Positions 19,874 to 29,931 of a DNA stretch of 64,000 nt are shown here, piece after piece. A program made the position numbers and the translations under genes. The notes under the pieces were generated by a model that was given only the letters and a program-made list of their open reading frames with translations, had not been told where the DNA came from and did no database searches. Location of the stretch: NCBI GenBank assembly GCA_041674925.1, contig JBAYUW010000003.1, positions 2,042 to 66,041 of the forward strand. The letters are read 5' to 3'. Source of the DNA: Minisyncoccota bacterium. GTDB taxonomy: Bacteria > Patescibacteriota > Minisyncoccia > Phycocordibacterales > GWA1-40-21. Position 1 is the stretch's first letter. The number at the start of each line of letters is the position of its first letter.

Positions 19874-20063
19874 CGAGGGTTTTCCACACCTTAGATTGTT
19901 GACTATTGTGGATATGATATAATAAACAGCATAAGCTAAGAATTTAAATTTAGCTAGCCAAAAGTTTTTGGTCGATCTGTTTTTATCACTCTTACGTAAA
20001 GTGAGAAAAATAGTCAAAAACTAAAGGAATTTATTAGTTTTTAAAAACAAAATTAATTTAATT

Positions 20064-20432
20064 ATGAAAATGTCAAAATCACGAGGTTTCACTCTTATCG
20101 AACTCCTCGTCGTTATCGCAATTATCGGTATCTTATCTTCGGTCGTCTTGGCTTCGTTGAATAGTGCAAGAGCAAAAGGTGCTTCTGCTGCTTTCAAGTC
20201 TGAAGTGAATAGTGCACGCGCAAATATTGCTCTTGGTTGTGATGGTGTATCCAGTGGCGGTACTTATTCTCTTCCTGCCGGCTCTACTTTTGCTTCTTCT
20301 ACTGTGACTTGTGATGGTAATGGAGGGGCTAATGCTGCTATTACTATTACTCCACTCACTGGAAAAGGAGGAACTTGTACTCAAGCCATTATCGCAACAT
20401 CTTCAGCTATTGCGTTTTCTGGTTGTAACTAA
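20064..20432 (+). CDS. Type IV pilin, probable major pilin
   Basis: GFTLIELLVVIAIIGILSSVVLASL; own promoter, long leader, terminator. Confidence 0.9.
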   Translation: MKMSKSRGFTLIELLVVIAIIGILSSVVLASLNSARAKGASAAFKSEVNSARANIALGCDGVSSGGTYSLPAGSTFASSTVTCDGNGGANAAITITPLTGKGGTCTQAIIATSSAIAFSGCN

Positions 20433-20450
20433 TCTTGGTGTAAAAAAACA

Positions 20451-20480
20451 AAAAACCCATGCCGAAAGCGTGGGTTTTTT
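20451..20480 (+). terminator. Intrinsic terminator after pilin
   Basis: AAAAACCCATGC-cgaaa-GCGTGGGTTTTTT. Confidence 0.75.
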
Positions 20481-20513
20481 GTTTTTGGGGTTTTAAGGTG
20501 GTATAATAGTCTG

Positions 20514-21029
20514 ATGAAAAGTAAAAGTGGTTTTACGATTATCGAGGTTTTGGTGGTCATCGGAATCATTGCGATTTTGACTGTTTTGATTTTTCCTTCG
20601 ATCACTCAAATCCGCGCCAAAAATCGCGATGCCGAAAAAGTCGCTGACATCGCCGCGATTCAACTAGCTTTATCACTTTTTTACAATAAAACAGGAGGGT
20701 ATCCCACTGATCTCAACGACACACTTTTAAACACAAATTATTTACCAGCTGATTCCTTGGTGAGCCCGGTTGAAAGCGACCCATATATGTATGTTCCATT
20801 GAAAAGAGGCGCCAATGCAACAAAATGCACCTATTATCATTTAGGAGTGAAGCTTGAGTTACAAAGCGCTCAGATTGACCCAAGGGATAAGACTGTTTCT
20901 CTATTGAATTCAACCCAGGTTGCAAATGCTACAAATGCTAGATTTTTATCTGATGAAGGTTATAGCTTATGTGGCACTGGTACAGGTATTGATGGTACAG
21001 CTATCGATATTTATGACGTCCATCCTTAA
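20514..21029 (+). CDS. Pilin/pseudopilin (GspG-like)
   Basis: GFTIIEVLVVIGII; RD..DI..IQLAL..GGYP. Confidence 0.88.
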   Translation: MKSKSGFTIIEVLVVIGIIAILTVLIFPSITQIRAKNRDAEKVADIAAIQLALSLFYNKTGGYPTDLNDTLLNTNYLPADSLVSPVESDPYMYVPLKRGANATKCTYYHLGVKLELQSAQIDPRDKTVSLLNSTQVANATNARFLSDEGYSLCGTGTGIDGTAIDIYDVHP

Positions 21030-21034
21030 ATAAT

Positions 21035-21868
21035 ATGCAGATAGAAACTTTCTTTTATATTTTCTTCTTTCTATTAGGCACAATCGTTGGTAGTTTTTTG
21101 AATGTTTTTATTTTGCGTTACAACACCGGGATCTCGGCGATGAAGGGAAGGTCTTTTTGTTTTGCTTGTGGAAAAAAACTTGGGCCTTTGGAATTGATTC
21201 CGATTTTAAGTTTTATCTTTCAGGGCGGAAAATGCGCTGGTTGTAAAAGTAAAATTTCCTGGCAATATCCGATTGTCGAACTTCTAACTGGCTTTTTATT
21301 TTTAGGGGTTTTTATGAATGCCGGAGGTCTGATTTCGATTTTCAGCGAGCCTTGGGTTTTGATTATTCCCCTAATCTTGATTGGGGTTTTGGTTTCAATC
21401 ACCGTTTATGACATCAAACACAAGATAATTCCCGATGGCCTGGTCATCACTTTCGGTATTTTATCTCTCACTCAAATCGCCCTAGACTTCTTTCTCATGG
21501 CCGGCACCAACGAAGAATTACTCAGTCATTTATTTTGGTATCTGGTTGCCGGTCCAATCCTCGCCTTACCTTTATTTTTAATCTGGCTTTTTTCGAGAGG
21601 GCAGTGGATGGGTTTGGGCGATCCCAAATTAGTGCTTTGTATTGGTTGGTTTCTCGGACCGATTCTTGGCCTGTCTGCTGTAATCCTAGCTTTTTGGACT
21701 GGGGCACTTTACGGTTTAATTTTAATGATCCTTTCTAAATTTCATTGGCACGGTCTCCGAATCGATCGTAAAAGTGAGCTACCTTTCGCGCCGTTTTTGA
21801 TCCTGGGTTTTTTGGTGGTTTTCTTTTGGAAAATTGATATTTTAGGCTTAGCGTTTTTGATTCCATAA
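21035..21868 (+). CDS. pilD: Prepilin peptidase
   Basis: GSFLNV, two CxxC, LIPILSF, YDIKH..IPD, MGLGD, LPFAPFL. Confidence 0.93.
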   Translation: MQIETFFYIFFFLLGTIVGSFLNVFILRYNTGISAMKGRSFCFACGKKLGPLELIPILSFIFQGGKCAGCKSKISWQYPIVELLTGFLFLGVFMNAGGLISIFSEPWVLIIPLILIGVLVSITVYDIKHKIIPDGLVITFGILSLTQIALDFFLMAGTNEELLSHLFWYLVAGPILALPLFLIWLFSRGQWMGLGDPKLVLCIGWFLGPILGLSAVILAFWTGALYGLILMILSKFHWHGLRIDRKSELPFAPFLILGFLVVFFWKIDILGLAFLIP

Positions 21869-21894
21869 AGGTCAAAATGTGTTATAATTAGCGC

Positions 21895-22563
21895 ATGTCT
21901 ATTTCTCGTCGAAATTTCAAGAATCACAAGAAAGGTTTTACATTGGTGGAATTACTAGTGACGATTACGATTTTTGTGATGCTCACTGCAGTGGTGCTCT
22001 GGAATCAAGAAAAATTTAACAGTACGATTTTACTTACCAATTTGGCTTACGATACCGCTCTCACCATTCGTCAAGCGCAGACTTATGGGATTAATATTAA
22101 GAAGTTTAATACTGGTACCGAGAAAGAATTTGTGCCATATGGTGTGCATTTTGATATGGAAGATACCAAATCATTTATTTTGTTTGCGGATGAAGATTGG
22201 GATGGTGAAGATAGCGATGGTCTTTTTTGGATAGATTCCCTGACTCCTCTTCCAACTAGTTGTAATGAGTCAGACGGTTGTGTGAGTCGCTATACTATTA
22301 AAAGAGGAAATCGCATTTCCGCTTTATGTGCTGAGGATGTTCTGGAAGAAAGAGATGTTTGTGGTCAAGATAAAGATTTGCAAGAATTAGATATCGTGTT
22401 TACACGCCCTAATCCAGATGCAATGATAAAGGGCATTAAAATTAATTCCACTACTGTCACAGTCATCGATAGCACAGTCACGATAATTTTGGCGGGAGTA
22501 GATGGGGGGAGCTTTAGAAAAATTAAAGTTGGACAAAATGGTTTAATTTCGATTGCGAAATAA
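21895..22563 (+). CDS. Minor pilin (FimT/GspH-like)
   Basis: GFTLVELLV N-methylation motif. Confidence 0.85.
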   Translation: MSISRRNFKNHKKGFTLVELLVTITIFVMLTAVVLWNQEKFNSTILLTNLAYDTALTIRQAQTYGINIKKFNTGTEKEFVPYGVHFDMEDTKSFILFADEDWDGEDSDGLFWIDSLTPLPTSCNESDGCVSRYTIKRGNRISALCAEDVLEERDVCGQDKDLQELDIVFTRPNPDAMIKGIKINSTTVTVIDSTVTIILAGVDGGSFRKIKVGQNGLISIAK

Positions 22564-22567
22564 TTAA

Positions 22568-23125
22568 ATGCGAAAGAGTTTTCACAAAAGAATAAAAAAT
22601 ACTGGTTTCACTCTCGTGGAAATGATGGTGGCGGTTGCAGTATTTTCACTCGTGATGGTGGTGGCGATGAGCGCCTTGATTAATGTGATTGACGCCAATT
22701 TGAAAGCTCAGGCCCTGAAAACCGCGATCAACAATGTCCATTTTGCGCTGGAAGGTATTTCAAAGGATATGAGGATGGGGTCAGGTTATGAATGTATAGG
22801 TATTGCAGACTGTAGTGATGGTGCTACAGGAATAAAATATAAATCTCCACGAGCTTTTCCTGGTGGTTACGCTTATTATGAGTTTAAAGCTGGTCAGATT
22901 TGGAGTTGTCTAGATAAGAGTGCTATCACATGTAATTCCAACACTATTGATTCCGCAATTACTTCTGAAGATGTGACAATTACTAATATGACCTTTTATG
23001 TTATAAACGGAACAGGATTACAACCCCGAGTAGTAATTACCTTAAGCGGTGAAGCAGGGAAGAAAGATAAAATTAAGACTGAATTTGATTTGCAAACTTC
23101 AGTGTCGCAGAGGGTGAGAGAATAA
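22568..23125 (+). CDS. Minor pilin (PilW/GspJ-like)
   Basis: GFTLVEMMVAVAVF. Confidence 0.85.
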   Translation: MRKSFHKRIKNTGFTLVEMMVAVAVFSLVMVVAMSALINVIDANLKAQALKTAINNVHFALEGISKDMRMGSGYECIGIADCSDGATGIKYKSPRAFPGGYAYYEFKAGQIWSCLDKSAITCNSNTIDSAITSEDVTITNMTFYVINGTGLQPRVVITLSGEAGKKDKIKTEFDLQTSVSQRVRE

Positions 23126-23129
23126 AATT

Positions 23130-23690
23130 ATGAAGAAAAATAATTTAAAAAAAGGATTTACTTTGATTGAAGCTTTGGTTGCCGTTTCTATTTTAATGGT
23201 CGCCGTGGCGGCGCCGATTACGATTGCGCAAAAAGGTCTGTCCTCGGCCGTTTATTCCAAGGATCAAATGATTGCTTCCTATCTAGCCCAAGACGCACTG
23301 GAATATGTCATCAACCAACGCGACCAAGCCTCTATCAATAGTCCAACATCTGATTGGGGGGCATTTAGACAAGTATTAGGGGTGTGTGAAGGAGAATACG
23401 GTTGTGAGATTGATACTGTAAGAAGTAGTTTTGACAATACTCATGTTCAATCTGCTTCTGTTTCCGGTGAAAATATTAAAATACTTAAAGATAATGGGGG
23501 TAAATTTCAATTTTATGGATACGAAGATGGTGGCACAGAGACAAAATTTAAAAGAAATATTAAAATTGACTTGAGAGATGTAAATGGTACAGGTGGCGCG
23601 ACTAGAAATGAAGCCTTGGTAACAGTGGATGTCACTTGGCCGGGGGATAAAAATCATGTAACAATTCACAGCTTAATTTATAATCGATAA
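23130..23690 (+). CDS. Minor pilin (PilV/GspI-like)
   Basis: GFTLIEALVAVSIL, ASYLAQDALE. Confidence 0.85.
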   Translation: MKKNNLKKGFTLIEALVAVSILMVAVAAPITIAQKGLSSAVYSKDQMIASYLAQDALEYVINQRDQASINSPTSDWGAFRQVLGVCEGEYGCEIDTVRSSFDNTHVQSASVSGENIKILKDNGGKFQFYGYEDGGTETKFKRNIKIDLRDVNGTGGATRNEALVTVDVTWPGDKNHVTIHSLIYNR

Positions 23691-23691
23691 A

Positions 23692-24198
23692 ATGAGAAAG
23701 AAAAATTTAAAAAATAAAGGCTTCGCTCTACTTTTCTCGGTTTTGTTGTCGAGCTTACTCTTGACTATTGGTCTGTCTATTTTTAGTATTGCTTTGAAAG
23801 AGCTCTCCATTTCCACCGCCGTCCGCCAATCTGTCCACGCTTTTTACGCCGCCGATAGTGGTCGCGAATGTGCTATATATTGGGATGTGAAAGGGGGACA
23901 AATCCCCACGATAGTCAACGATCAGATCCAAGGAACAATCGCTTGTGGAAGTTTAACTAATGTGAGTGTTTCTTCTGATGATGGAGGAGCTACAAGTAGA
24001 ATCCCGGACACCACAACGAAGACGATTCGTATTATGAGCGATGTTGTGGGTGGAGATTATGCGAATTTTTATGTTGATATTCAAAAAGATTGGAATGATC
24101 CCATACTAGAGGATAGAATAAAAACTACAGTCACAGCTTATGGCTACGATTCAGCTAACGACGATCGGGTGGAAAGAGCGATTGAGCAGACTTACTAA
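23692..24198 (+). CDS. Minor pilin (PilX/GspK-like, no Glu5)
   Basis: GFALLFSVLL, AFYAADSGRECA. Confidence 0.8.
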   Translation: MRKKNLKNKGFALLFSVLLSSLLLTIGLSIFSIALKELSISTAVRQSVHAFYAADSGRECAIYWDVKGGQIPTIVNDQIQGTIACGSLTNVSVSSDDGGATSRIPDTTTKTIRIMSDVVGGDYANFYVDIQKDWNDPILEDRIKTTVTAYGYDSANDDRVERAIEQTY

Positions 24199-24199
24199 T

Positions 24200-26149
24200 A
24201 TGAACAAAGATCGTTACGACAAATTGATAAAACTGATCGAGCATCATCGATATCTTTATCACACCTTAGATCAACCCGAAATCAGCGACGAAGCCTATGA
24301 TTCTTTGATGCGTGAGCTCGAGCAGATCGAAAAAGAAAATCCCAAACTGATTTCTCCCCTCAGTCCCAGCCAGCGTGTGGGTGGTGAGCCACTGAAAGAA
24401 TTTAATAAGGTCAAACACGAAGTGCGACAATGGTCTTTCGGCGATGTCTTTGATTTTGATGAGTTGGTGAAGTGGGAGGAAAAAATTAAACGTCTGATTG
24501 AAAAAGAAGCAAATTTAAAGAATGAAAAGTTAGAATATTGCTGTGAATTAAAAATTGACGGCCTAAAGATTATTTTAACGTACAAGGATGGGGAATTCGT
24601 CCAAGGCGCGACACGAGGTGATGGAGAAATCGGGGAGAATGTGACGCAGAATTTGAAGACAATACAAACCATTCCTTTTATTTTAAACGAGAAGATTGAT
24701 CTGATTGCCGTTGGTGAGGCGTGGCTGAGCAAAAAAGAATTGATACGGATTAATAAAGAAAAGGAGAAAGCGGGTGAGGCGGTGTTTGCTAATACCCGAA
24801 ACGCTGGGGCGGGTTCGATTCGTCAGCTGGACCCAAAAATCACAGCGAAGAGAAAATTGAGTACTTTTATTTACGATATTGATAAAATCTCTGGTGCTAT
24901 CCCCCAAACGCAAGATGAAGAAATCAAATTATTAGAAAGTTTAGGTTTTAAAACCAATGAATATTTTCGAGTGTGTAAAAATATTGCTGAAATAGAAAAA
25001 TTTTATGAAGAATGGGGGAAGAAAAAAGATGAACTGGATTATATGCTCGATGGTATTGTCATCAAAATAAATTCTCGAAAAATTCAAGAAGCTTTGGGTT
25101 ATACCGGCAAGACTCCACGCTGGGGTGTGGCTTATAAATTCAAGGCCGAGCAGGTGACGACGGTGGTGGAGGATATTGTCCTGCAGGTTGGGCGTACGGG
25201 TGTACTGACTCCAGTGGCGCATTTAAAACCGGTGCGCGTGGCCGGTTCTTTGGTTTCGCGAGCGACCCTGCATAATGCTGATGAAATTAAAAGATTGGAT
25301 GTGCGAGTGGGCGATACGGTGATTTTGCAAAAAGCGGGGGATGTGATTCCAGATATTGTCTCAGTTTTGACCGATTTGCGAACGGGTAAAGAGAAGCCTT
25401 ATGTTTTCCCTAAAAGTGTTCCTAATCAATCTTTTGCTCAGAAACGTCGTCAGTTTTATCATTTTGTCTCAAAGAAAGCTTTTAATATGGATGGTTGTGG
25501 GCCGAAAATTATCGTTGTCTTACTTGATAACAATCTTATAAATTCCTATGAAGATCTTTTTACTTTAAAGAGAGGGGATTTACTGAGTCTGCCTAGGTTT
25601 GCTGAGAAATCGGTTGATAATTTGCTGGCGTCAATTGAAAAAGCACGAAAAGTCACCTTACCAAGATTTTTGGTTGGTCTCTCTATTTTACGAATTGGTG
25701 AAGAAATAGCGATTGATCTAGCTAAACACTTTGGCACGATTGAAGAGATTAAGAATGCTAGTTTTGATGAATTGCAGAGCTTGAATGGTGTCGGCCCAAT
25801 CGCCGGAAAAACTTTGACCGAGTGGTTTGCCAATAAAGATAATAAAAAAGTTTTGGCGAATTTACTTAAAGAAGTAAGTATTGAAAAAATTTCAGAAACT
25901 AAAAATAATTCTCAAAAATTAGCCGGCCAGAGTTTTGTGATTACTGGAACTCTATCTTCCATGTCCCGCGATGAAGCAAAAGATAAAATCCGCGCACTTG
26001 GTGGCGATGTTTCTGAATCTGTTTCAGCCAAGACCTCATATCTAATCGCTGGGGAAAATGCCGGATCGAAATTGGAGAAAGCCAAACAGTTGGGTGTGAA
26101 GGTTTTGAACGAGCAGGATTTTATGTTATTCTTTTCTTATGGAAATTAA
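24200..26149 (+). CDS. ligA: NAD-dependent DNA ligase, zinc finger deleted
   Basis: ISDEAYD, ELKIDG, TRGDG..GENVT, QVGRTG, ATLHN, HhH repeats, BRCT. Confidence 0.96.
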   Translation: MNKDRYDKLIKLIEHHRYLYHTLDQPEISDEAYDSLMRELEQIEKENPKLISPLSPSQRVGGEPLKEFNKVKHEVRQWSFGDVFDFDELVKWEEKIKRLIEKEANLKNEKLEYCCELKIDGLKIILTYKDGEFVQGATRGDGEIGENVTQNLKTIQTIPFILNEKIDLIAVGEAWLSKKELIRINKEKEKAGEAVFANTRNAGAGSIRQLDPKITAKRKLSTFIYDIDKISGAIPQTQDEEIKLLESLGFKTNEYFRVCKNIAEIEKFYEEWGKKKDELDYMLDGIVIKINSRKIQEALGYTGKTPRWGVAYKFKAEQVTTVVEDIVLQVGRTGVLTPVAHLKPVRVAGSLVSRATLHNADEIKRLDVRVGDTVILQKAGDVIPDIVSVLTDLRTGKEKPYVFPKSVPNQSFAQKRRQFYHFVSKKAFNMDGCGPKIIVVLLDNNLINSYEDLFTLKRGDLLSLPRFAEKSVDNLLASIEKARKVTLPRFLVGLSILRIGEEIAIDLAKHFGTIEEIKNASFDELQSLNGVGPIAGKTLTEWFANKDNKKVLANLLKEVSIEKISETKNNSQKLAGQSFVITGTLSSMSRDEAKDKIRALGGDVSESVSAKTSYLIAGENAGSKLEKAKQLGVKVLNEQDFMLFFSYGN

Positions 26150-26426
26150 AGATATCGAAAAACTGGCGAAATTAGCCAGAATTGACTTGACCGAGCAGCA
26201 AAAAACGGCTTATTTGAAAGAAATTGGAGCGATTTTGGGTTATGTTGATCAGATCAAGGATATAGTGTCTAAGACTGGAGATGAGCGAAAGATACCAGAT
26301 TTAAGAAACGTTTCTCGTGCGGACACAATTTCAGATCTCGATGCTGATAGGTCTGACCGAATTGTAAAAGAGTTTCCTCGTTCGGAAAAGAATTATTTGA
26401 AAGTTAAAAAAATCTTGGAGCAATAA
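26139..26426 (+). CDS. gatC: Asp/Glu-tRNA amidotransferase subunit C
   Basis: DIEKLAKLARI..ILGYVDQI; precedes gatA. Confidence 0.9.
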   Translation: MEIKDIEKLAKLARIDLTEQQKTAYLKEIGAILGYVDQIKDIVSKTGDERKIPDLRNVSRADTISDLDADRSDRIVKEFPRSEKNYLKVKKILEQ

Positions 26427-26427
26427 A

Positions 26428-27852
26428 ATGACAATCGATATTAAAAATTTAACGATCAGAAAAGCCCACGCTTCTTTATTGGCGGGGGAATATACTTGTG
26501 TGGATTTAGCGCAAGCTTATTTGGATAATATTAAAAAGTTTGATCCAGGTATTCATGCTTACCTCGAGGTGTATAACGATGTTTTAGTTCAAGCAAAAAA
26601 GGCTGATGAAAGAATTAAAAATAAAGATAATGTGACTTTACTGACCGGCATACCTATTTCTATCAAGGATAATATTTTGATTAAAGATAGAATAGTCAGC
26701 TCGGCGTCAAAAATGCTCGAAAATTATCACGGGACTTATGACGCGACTGTGATTAAAAAATTAAAAGAAGCTGGAGTGGTCTTTTTGGGCCGAACCAATA
26801 TGGACGAATTTGCGATGGGTGGCTCAACAGAAAATTCGGCTTTTGGTCCAACTCATAATCCTCACGATTTGTCTCGCGTTCCAGGTGGTTCCTCTGGTGG
26901 GGCTGTGGCTTCGGTCGCTGGTGATATGGCTTTAGTGGCTCTAGGCTCCGACACTGGTGGCTCGATTCGTGAGCCAGCTTCTTTTTGTGGTTTGGTAGGC
27001 TTAAAGCCAACTTACGGTGCTGTTTCTCGGCATGGCTTAATGGCGATGGGTTCGTCTTTTGATCAAATTGGTCCGATTACTAAAAATATTGATGATGCCA
27101 AAATCGTCTTTGATTTTATTGCCGGTCAAGATTCTTTGGATAGTACCACAATCACTAAACCAGAACTTATCACAGAAAAAAAATCCTTTAAAATTGGTGT
27201 GCCCAAGCAGGTCACCGAAGTACAGGGGATTAATCTAGAAGTTTTAAGGGTTTTCACCGAATCGATTGAAAAATTTAAAAAGCTGGGTTATGAAATCAGA
27301 GAAATCAGTCTGCCCAATATCAATTATTCTCTCGCTGTTTATTACACTTTGATTCCCGCTGAAGTGTCTTCGAACCTAGCTCGTTTTGATGGAATGAGAT
27401 ATGGTTTACACACGGACGGAGCCAATATGGTTGATGATTATTTCAAAACCCGCCAGGTTGGTTTTGGTCAGGAAGTTATTCGCCGAATTATTTTAGGGAC
27501 TTACATTCTTTCTTCTGGTTATTATGATGCCTATTATAACAAAGCCAATATCGTGCGAGATTTGATTCGCGATGACTTTAAAAAAGCTTTTCAGGAAGTG
27601 GATTTGATTTTAACCCCGACCGCCCCCAGCCCTGCTTTCAAAATCGGTGAAAAAATCAGCGATCCCTTGACTCTGTATCTTGAAGATATTTTTACCGTAC
27701 CCGCAAATCTCGTCGGTGTCCCAGCTATTTCTCTACCAGCCGGCTCGACTGAAATTGACGGTAAGAAATTGCCTTTGGGAATACAACTAATGTCGGCTCA
27801 TTCCAATGAGGCAATCTTGTTTCAGGCTGGATCGGACTTTGAGAATCAATAA
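26428..27852 (+). CDS. gatA: Asp/Glu-tRNA amidotransferase subunit A
   Basis: IKDNI, NMDEFAMG, PGGSSGG, GSDTGGSIREPA, SSNLARFDG. Confidence 0.96.
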   Translation: MTIDIKNLTIRKAHASLLAGEYTCVDLAQAYLDNIKKFDPGIHAYLEVYNDVLVQAKKADERIKNKDNVTLLTGIPISIKDNILIKDRIVSSASKMLENYHGTYDATVIKKLKEAGVVFLGRTNMDEFAMGGSTENSAFGPTHNPHDLSRVPGGSSGGAVASVAGDMALVALGSDTGGSIREPASFCGLVGLKPTYGAVSRHGLMAMGSSFDQIGPITKNIDDAKIVFDFIAGQDSLDSTTITKPELITEKKSFKIGVPKQVTEVQGINLEVLRVFTESIEKFKKLGYEIREISLPNINYSLAVYYTLIPAEVSSNLARFDGMRYGLHTDGANMVDDYFKTRQVGFGQEVIRRIILGTYILSSGYYDAYYNKANIVRDLIRDDFKKAFQEVDLILTPTAPSPAFKIGEKISDPLTLYLEDIFTVPANLVGVPAISLPAGSTEIDGKKLPLGIQLMSAHSNEAILFQAGSDFENQ

Positions 27853-27873
27853 TTATCTGGTAAAATATTAGAT

Positions 27874-28542
27874 ATGGCAGGTTCTAAACCAAAACCAAGC
27901 GCTCCTCCCCCAAATACATTATTGGGACTGACTTTCTGGGCTTTTGTCTTGGTCTTTGCTTTGATATTTATGGTGATAATGAGATTTTTTCCTAAAATTC
28001 TCCAGCAAGATTTGAGTGAAACCGCCAAGAATATATACCTACTTTTGCCAGACTATGCCGTCTTGGTGATGATGCGCCTGTTTTCTTTCTCTCTTGTTCT
28101 CTCAATCATTTTAATTATCATTGTGATCTGGACGTCAAACCAAATCATCAGACACAAAAAGAAAATGCTTGATGCCTTGGTCTTGCCTGGTACCGAAGCG
28201 CCAAAAGGTGGCGTGCCAAAAATGTTTGTCAATGAAAAGTGGGAGAGTGTGGTCAAGCATATCAATTCTTCCAACCCATCCGATTGGAAATTGGCGATTC
28301 TAGAATGCGATATTATGCTGGGAGAAATTTTGGAAAAGATGGGCTATATCCAACCTAGTATCGGCGAGAAATTGAAATCAATCGAACCGAGTGATTTCAC
28401 AAATATCGAGGCGGCTTGGGAAGCTCATAAAATTAGGAATTCGATTGCTCATGAGGGTTCAGAATTTGCTATCAATGAACGTGAGGCCAAGAGGGTGATT
28501 GGCTTATATGAACTAGTTTTTCAAGAGTTTGAATATATTTAG
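27874..28542 (+). CDS. Membrane hypothetical protein
   Basis: Two TM segments; WKLAILECD..GEKLK..AWEAHKIRNSIAHE (RxxxxH, HEPN-like). Confidence 0.75.
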   Translation: MAGSKPKPSAPPPNTLLGLTFWAFVLVFALIFMVIMRFFPKILQQDLSETAKNIYLLLPDYAVLVMMRLFSFSLVLSIILIIIVIWTSNQIIRHKKKMLDALVLPGTEAPKGGVPKMFVNEKWESVVKHINSSNPSDWKLAILECDIMLGEILEKMGYIQPSIGEKLKSIEPSDFTNIEAAWEAHKIRNSIAHEGSEFAINEREAKRVIGLYELVFQEFEYI

Positions 28543-28583
28543 CCGGCCTTGTTTTTTAAGGCAAAGTGTGAAATAATATATGG

Positions 28584-28654
28584 AGCGGGGTAGAGTAACA
28601 GTAATTCGCGAGGCTCATAACCTTGAGATGGCCGTGCGAATCGGCCCCCCGCAA
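28584..28654 (+). tRNA. tRNA-Met(CAU), probable initiator
   Basis: A1:A72 mismatch; CGAGG CT CAT AA CCTTG; T loop TGCGAAT. Confidence 0.82.
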
Positions 28655-28688
28655 CAAGGAAAGATTGGCGCCAAGGTGGCGCTTTTCT

Positions 28689-28759
28689 GCCGATGTAGTT
28701 CAATGGTAGAACGGGGGACTCATAAGCCTCAAAAAATGGTTCAATTCCATTCATCGGCA
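28689..28759 (+). tRNA. tRNA-CAU, probable elongator Met
   Basis: GCCGATG/CATCGGC acceptor, GGGGA CT CAT AA GCCTC, T loop TTCAATT. Confidence 0.85.
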
Positions 28760-28800
28760 CAGTTTAGACTTCTTAATTCTTATTTGGTATACTTCTAATT

Positions 28801-29748
28801 ATGTTAACAAAAAGACAAGAAGCAGAGTTAGTCACGGCTATACAGGGACGGGGAGAGGTGCCTCTAAAATTTGCTTATTTAGGAGAAGGAGCAAAAAATT
28901 GGGACTCAATTGCCAAGGAAAGAGTATCCACTTCCGGAGGAATTAACTCGATTGAAGCTAATCTACTAAAAAAGAGAATGGATGATTTTATTTCAACTTT
29001 AGATAAAGGTAAAAGTGTTAATCTTGTTGATATTGGTTGTGGTAATGGTTTGCCAGTAGTGCCAATCTTACAAAGACTCCAAGAGAAGAATATCCCCTTT
29101 ACTTACGTACCAATGGACATAAGTGGGGAGATGATTGATCTTGCCCTAAATACCGTAAGATCTAAATTTTCTGATGTCGTTTGCAAACCATTTCAGATGG
29201 ATTTTGAATTGGGGCAATTTTCAGATCTTATGTATGAGATCAAAAAAGACGGCTCGGTGAATTTAATGGTGTTTTTGGGTAGTACATTGGGTAATCATTC
29301 AGATTTAAGTAGGGTTTTAACAAATTTTAGAGACTCGATGACGTCGAAGGATTATCTAATTGTTGGTGTAGAGCTTACAAATATTGCAAAGGTAAATAAA
29401 ATTATTCCTCATTATGAAAACTCTGCTGCGAAGGCTCTTGTAAGTCATACTTTATCATATTTAAATATTTCAGATAAATCTTTTGGATATGAGGTGTTAT
29501 GGAATGATAAAAATTCTCAAATCGAGATGAGGGCAGTTTTCAATAAAGATGTAAAAGCTGAAATTGCTGGTTATAGTTTTGTTATCGAAAAAGACGAAAG
29601 TATCCTATTAGCAAAATCAATTAAATTTACTGAGTATGCGATAACTAAATTATTCTCTGATGTTGGTTTAAGGACCGAATTACTCACTACTTCTGAAGAC
29701 CGTGGTTATGTTCTTACTATGGTCCAGCCAACAAGATATAGTATATAA
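28801..29748 (+). CDS. EgtD-like SAM-dependent methyltransferase
   Basis: PLKFAY..GAKNW, VDIGCGNG, YVPMDIS, FLGSTLGN, QIEM, SIKFT. Confidence 0.8.
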   Translation: MLTKRQEAELVTAIQGRGEVPLKFAYLGEGAKNWDSIAKERVSTSGGINSIEANLLKKRMDDFISTLDKGKSVNLVDIGCGNGLPVVPILQRLQEKNIPFTYVPMDISGEMIDLALNTVRSKFSDVVCKPFQMDFELGQFSDLMYEIKKDGSVNLMVFLGSTLGNHSDLSRVLTNFRDSMTSKDYLIVGVELTNIAKVNKIIPHYENSAAKALVSHTLSYLNISDKSFGYEVLWNDKNSQIEMRAVFNKDVKAEIAGYSFVIEKDESILLAKSIKFTEYAITKLFSDVGLRTELLTTSEDRGYVLTMVQPTRYSI

Positions 29749-29931
29749 AGATGGCTACATAATACTTTATGATAATTTACCTAGTGTAATTACCTGATTT
29801 AATTGCCGTCTATCATTTAGCACTAAAAACACTTTGAAATTATTTAATTTTATGTATAATGGTATAGATCTCAAAAAGGATGGTCTATTCCTGAAGAGGA
29901 AGGTGGCTGTCTTCGAGAGATTTGAAAAAAT

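Noticed and set aside
28689-28759. tRNA-Ile2 (lysidine) identity
   Set aside because: A UAU tRNA-Ile already covers AUA, so elongator Met is more parsimonious; not proven.
28539-28798. Two short ORFs
   Set aside because: Shadow ORFs over two tRNA genes.
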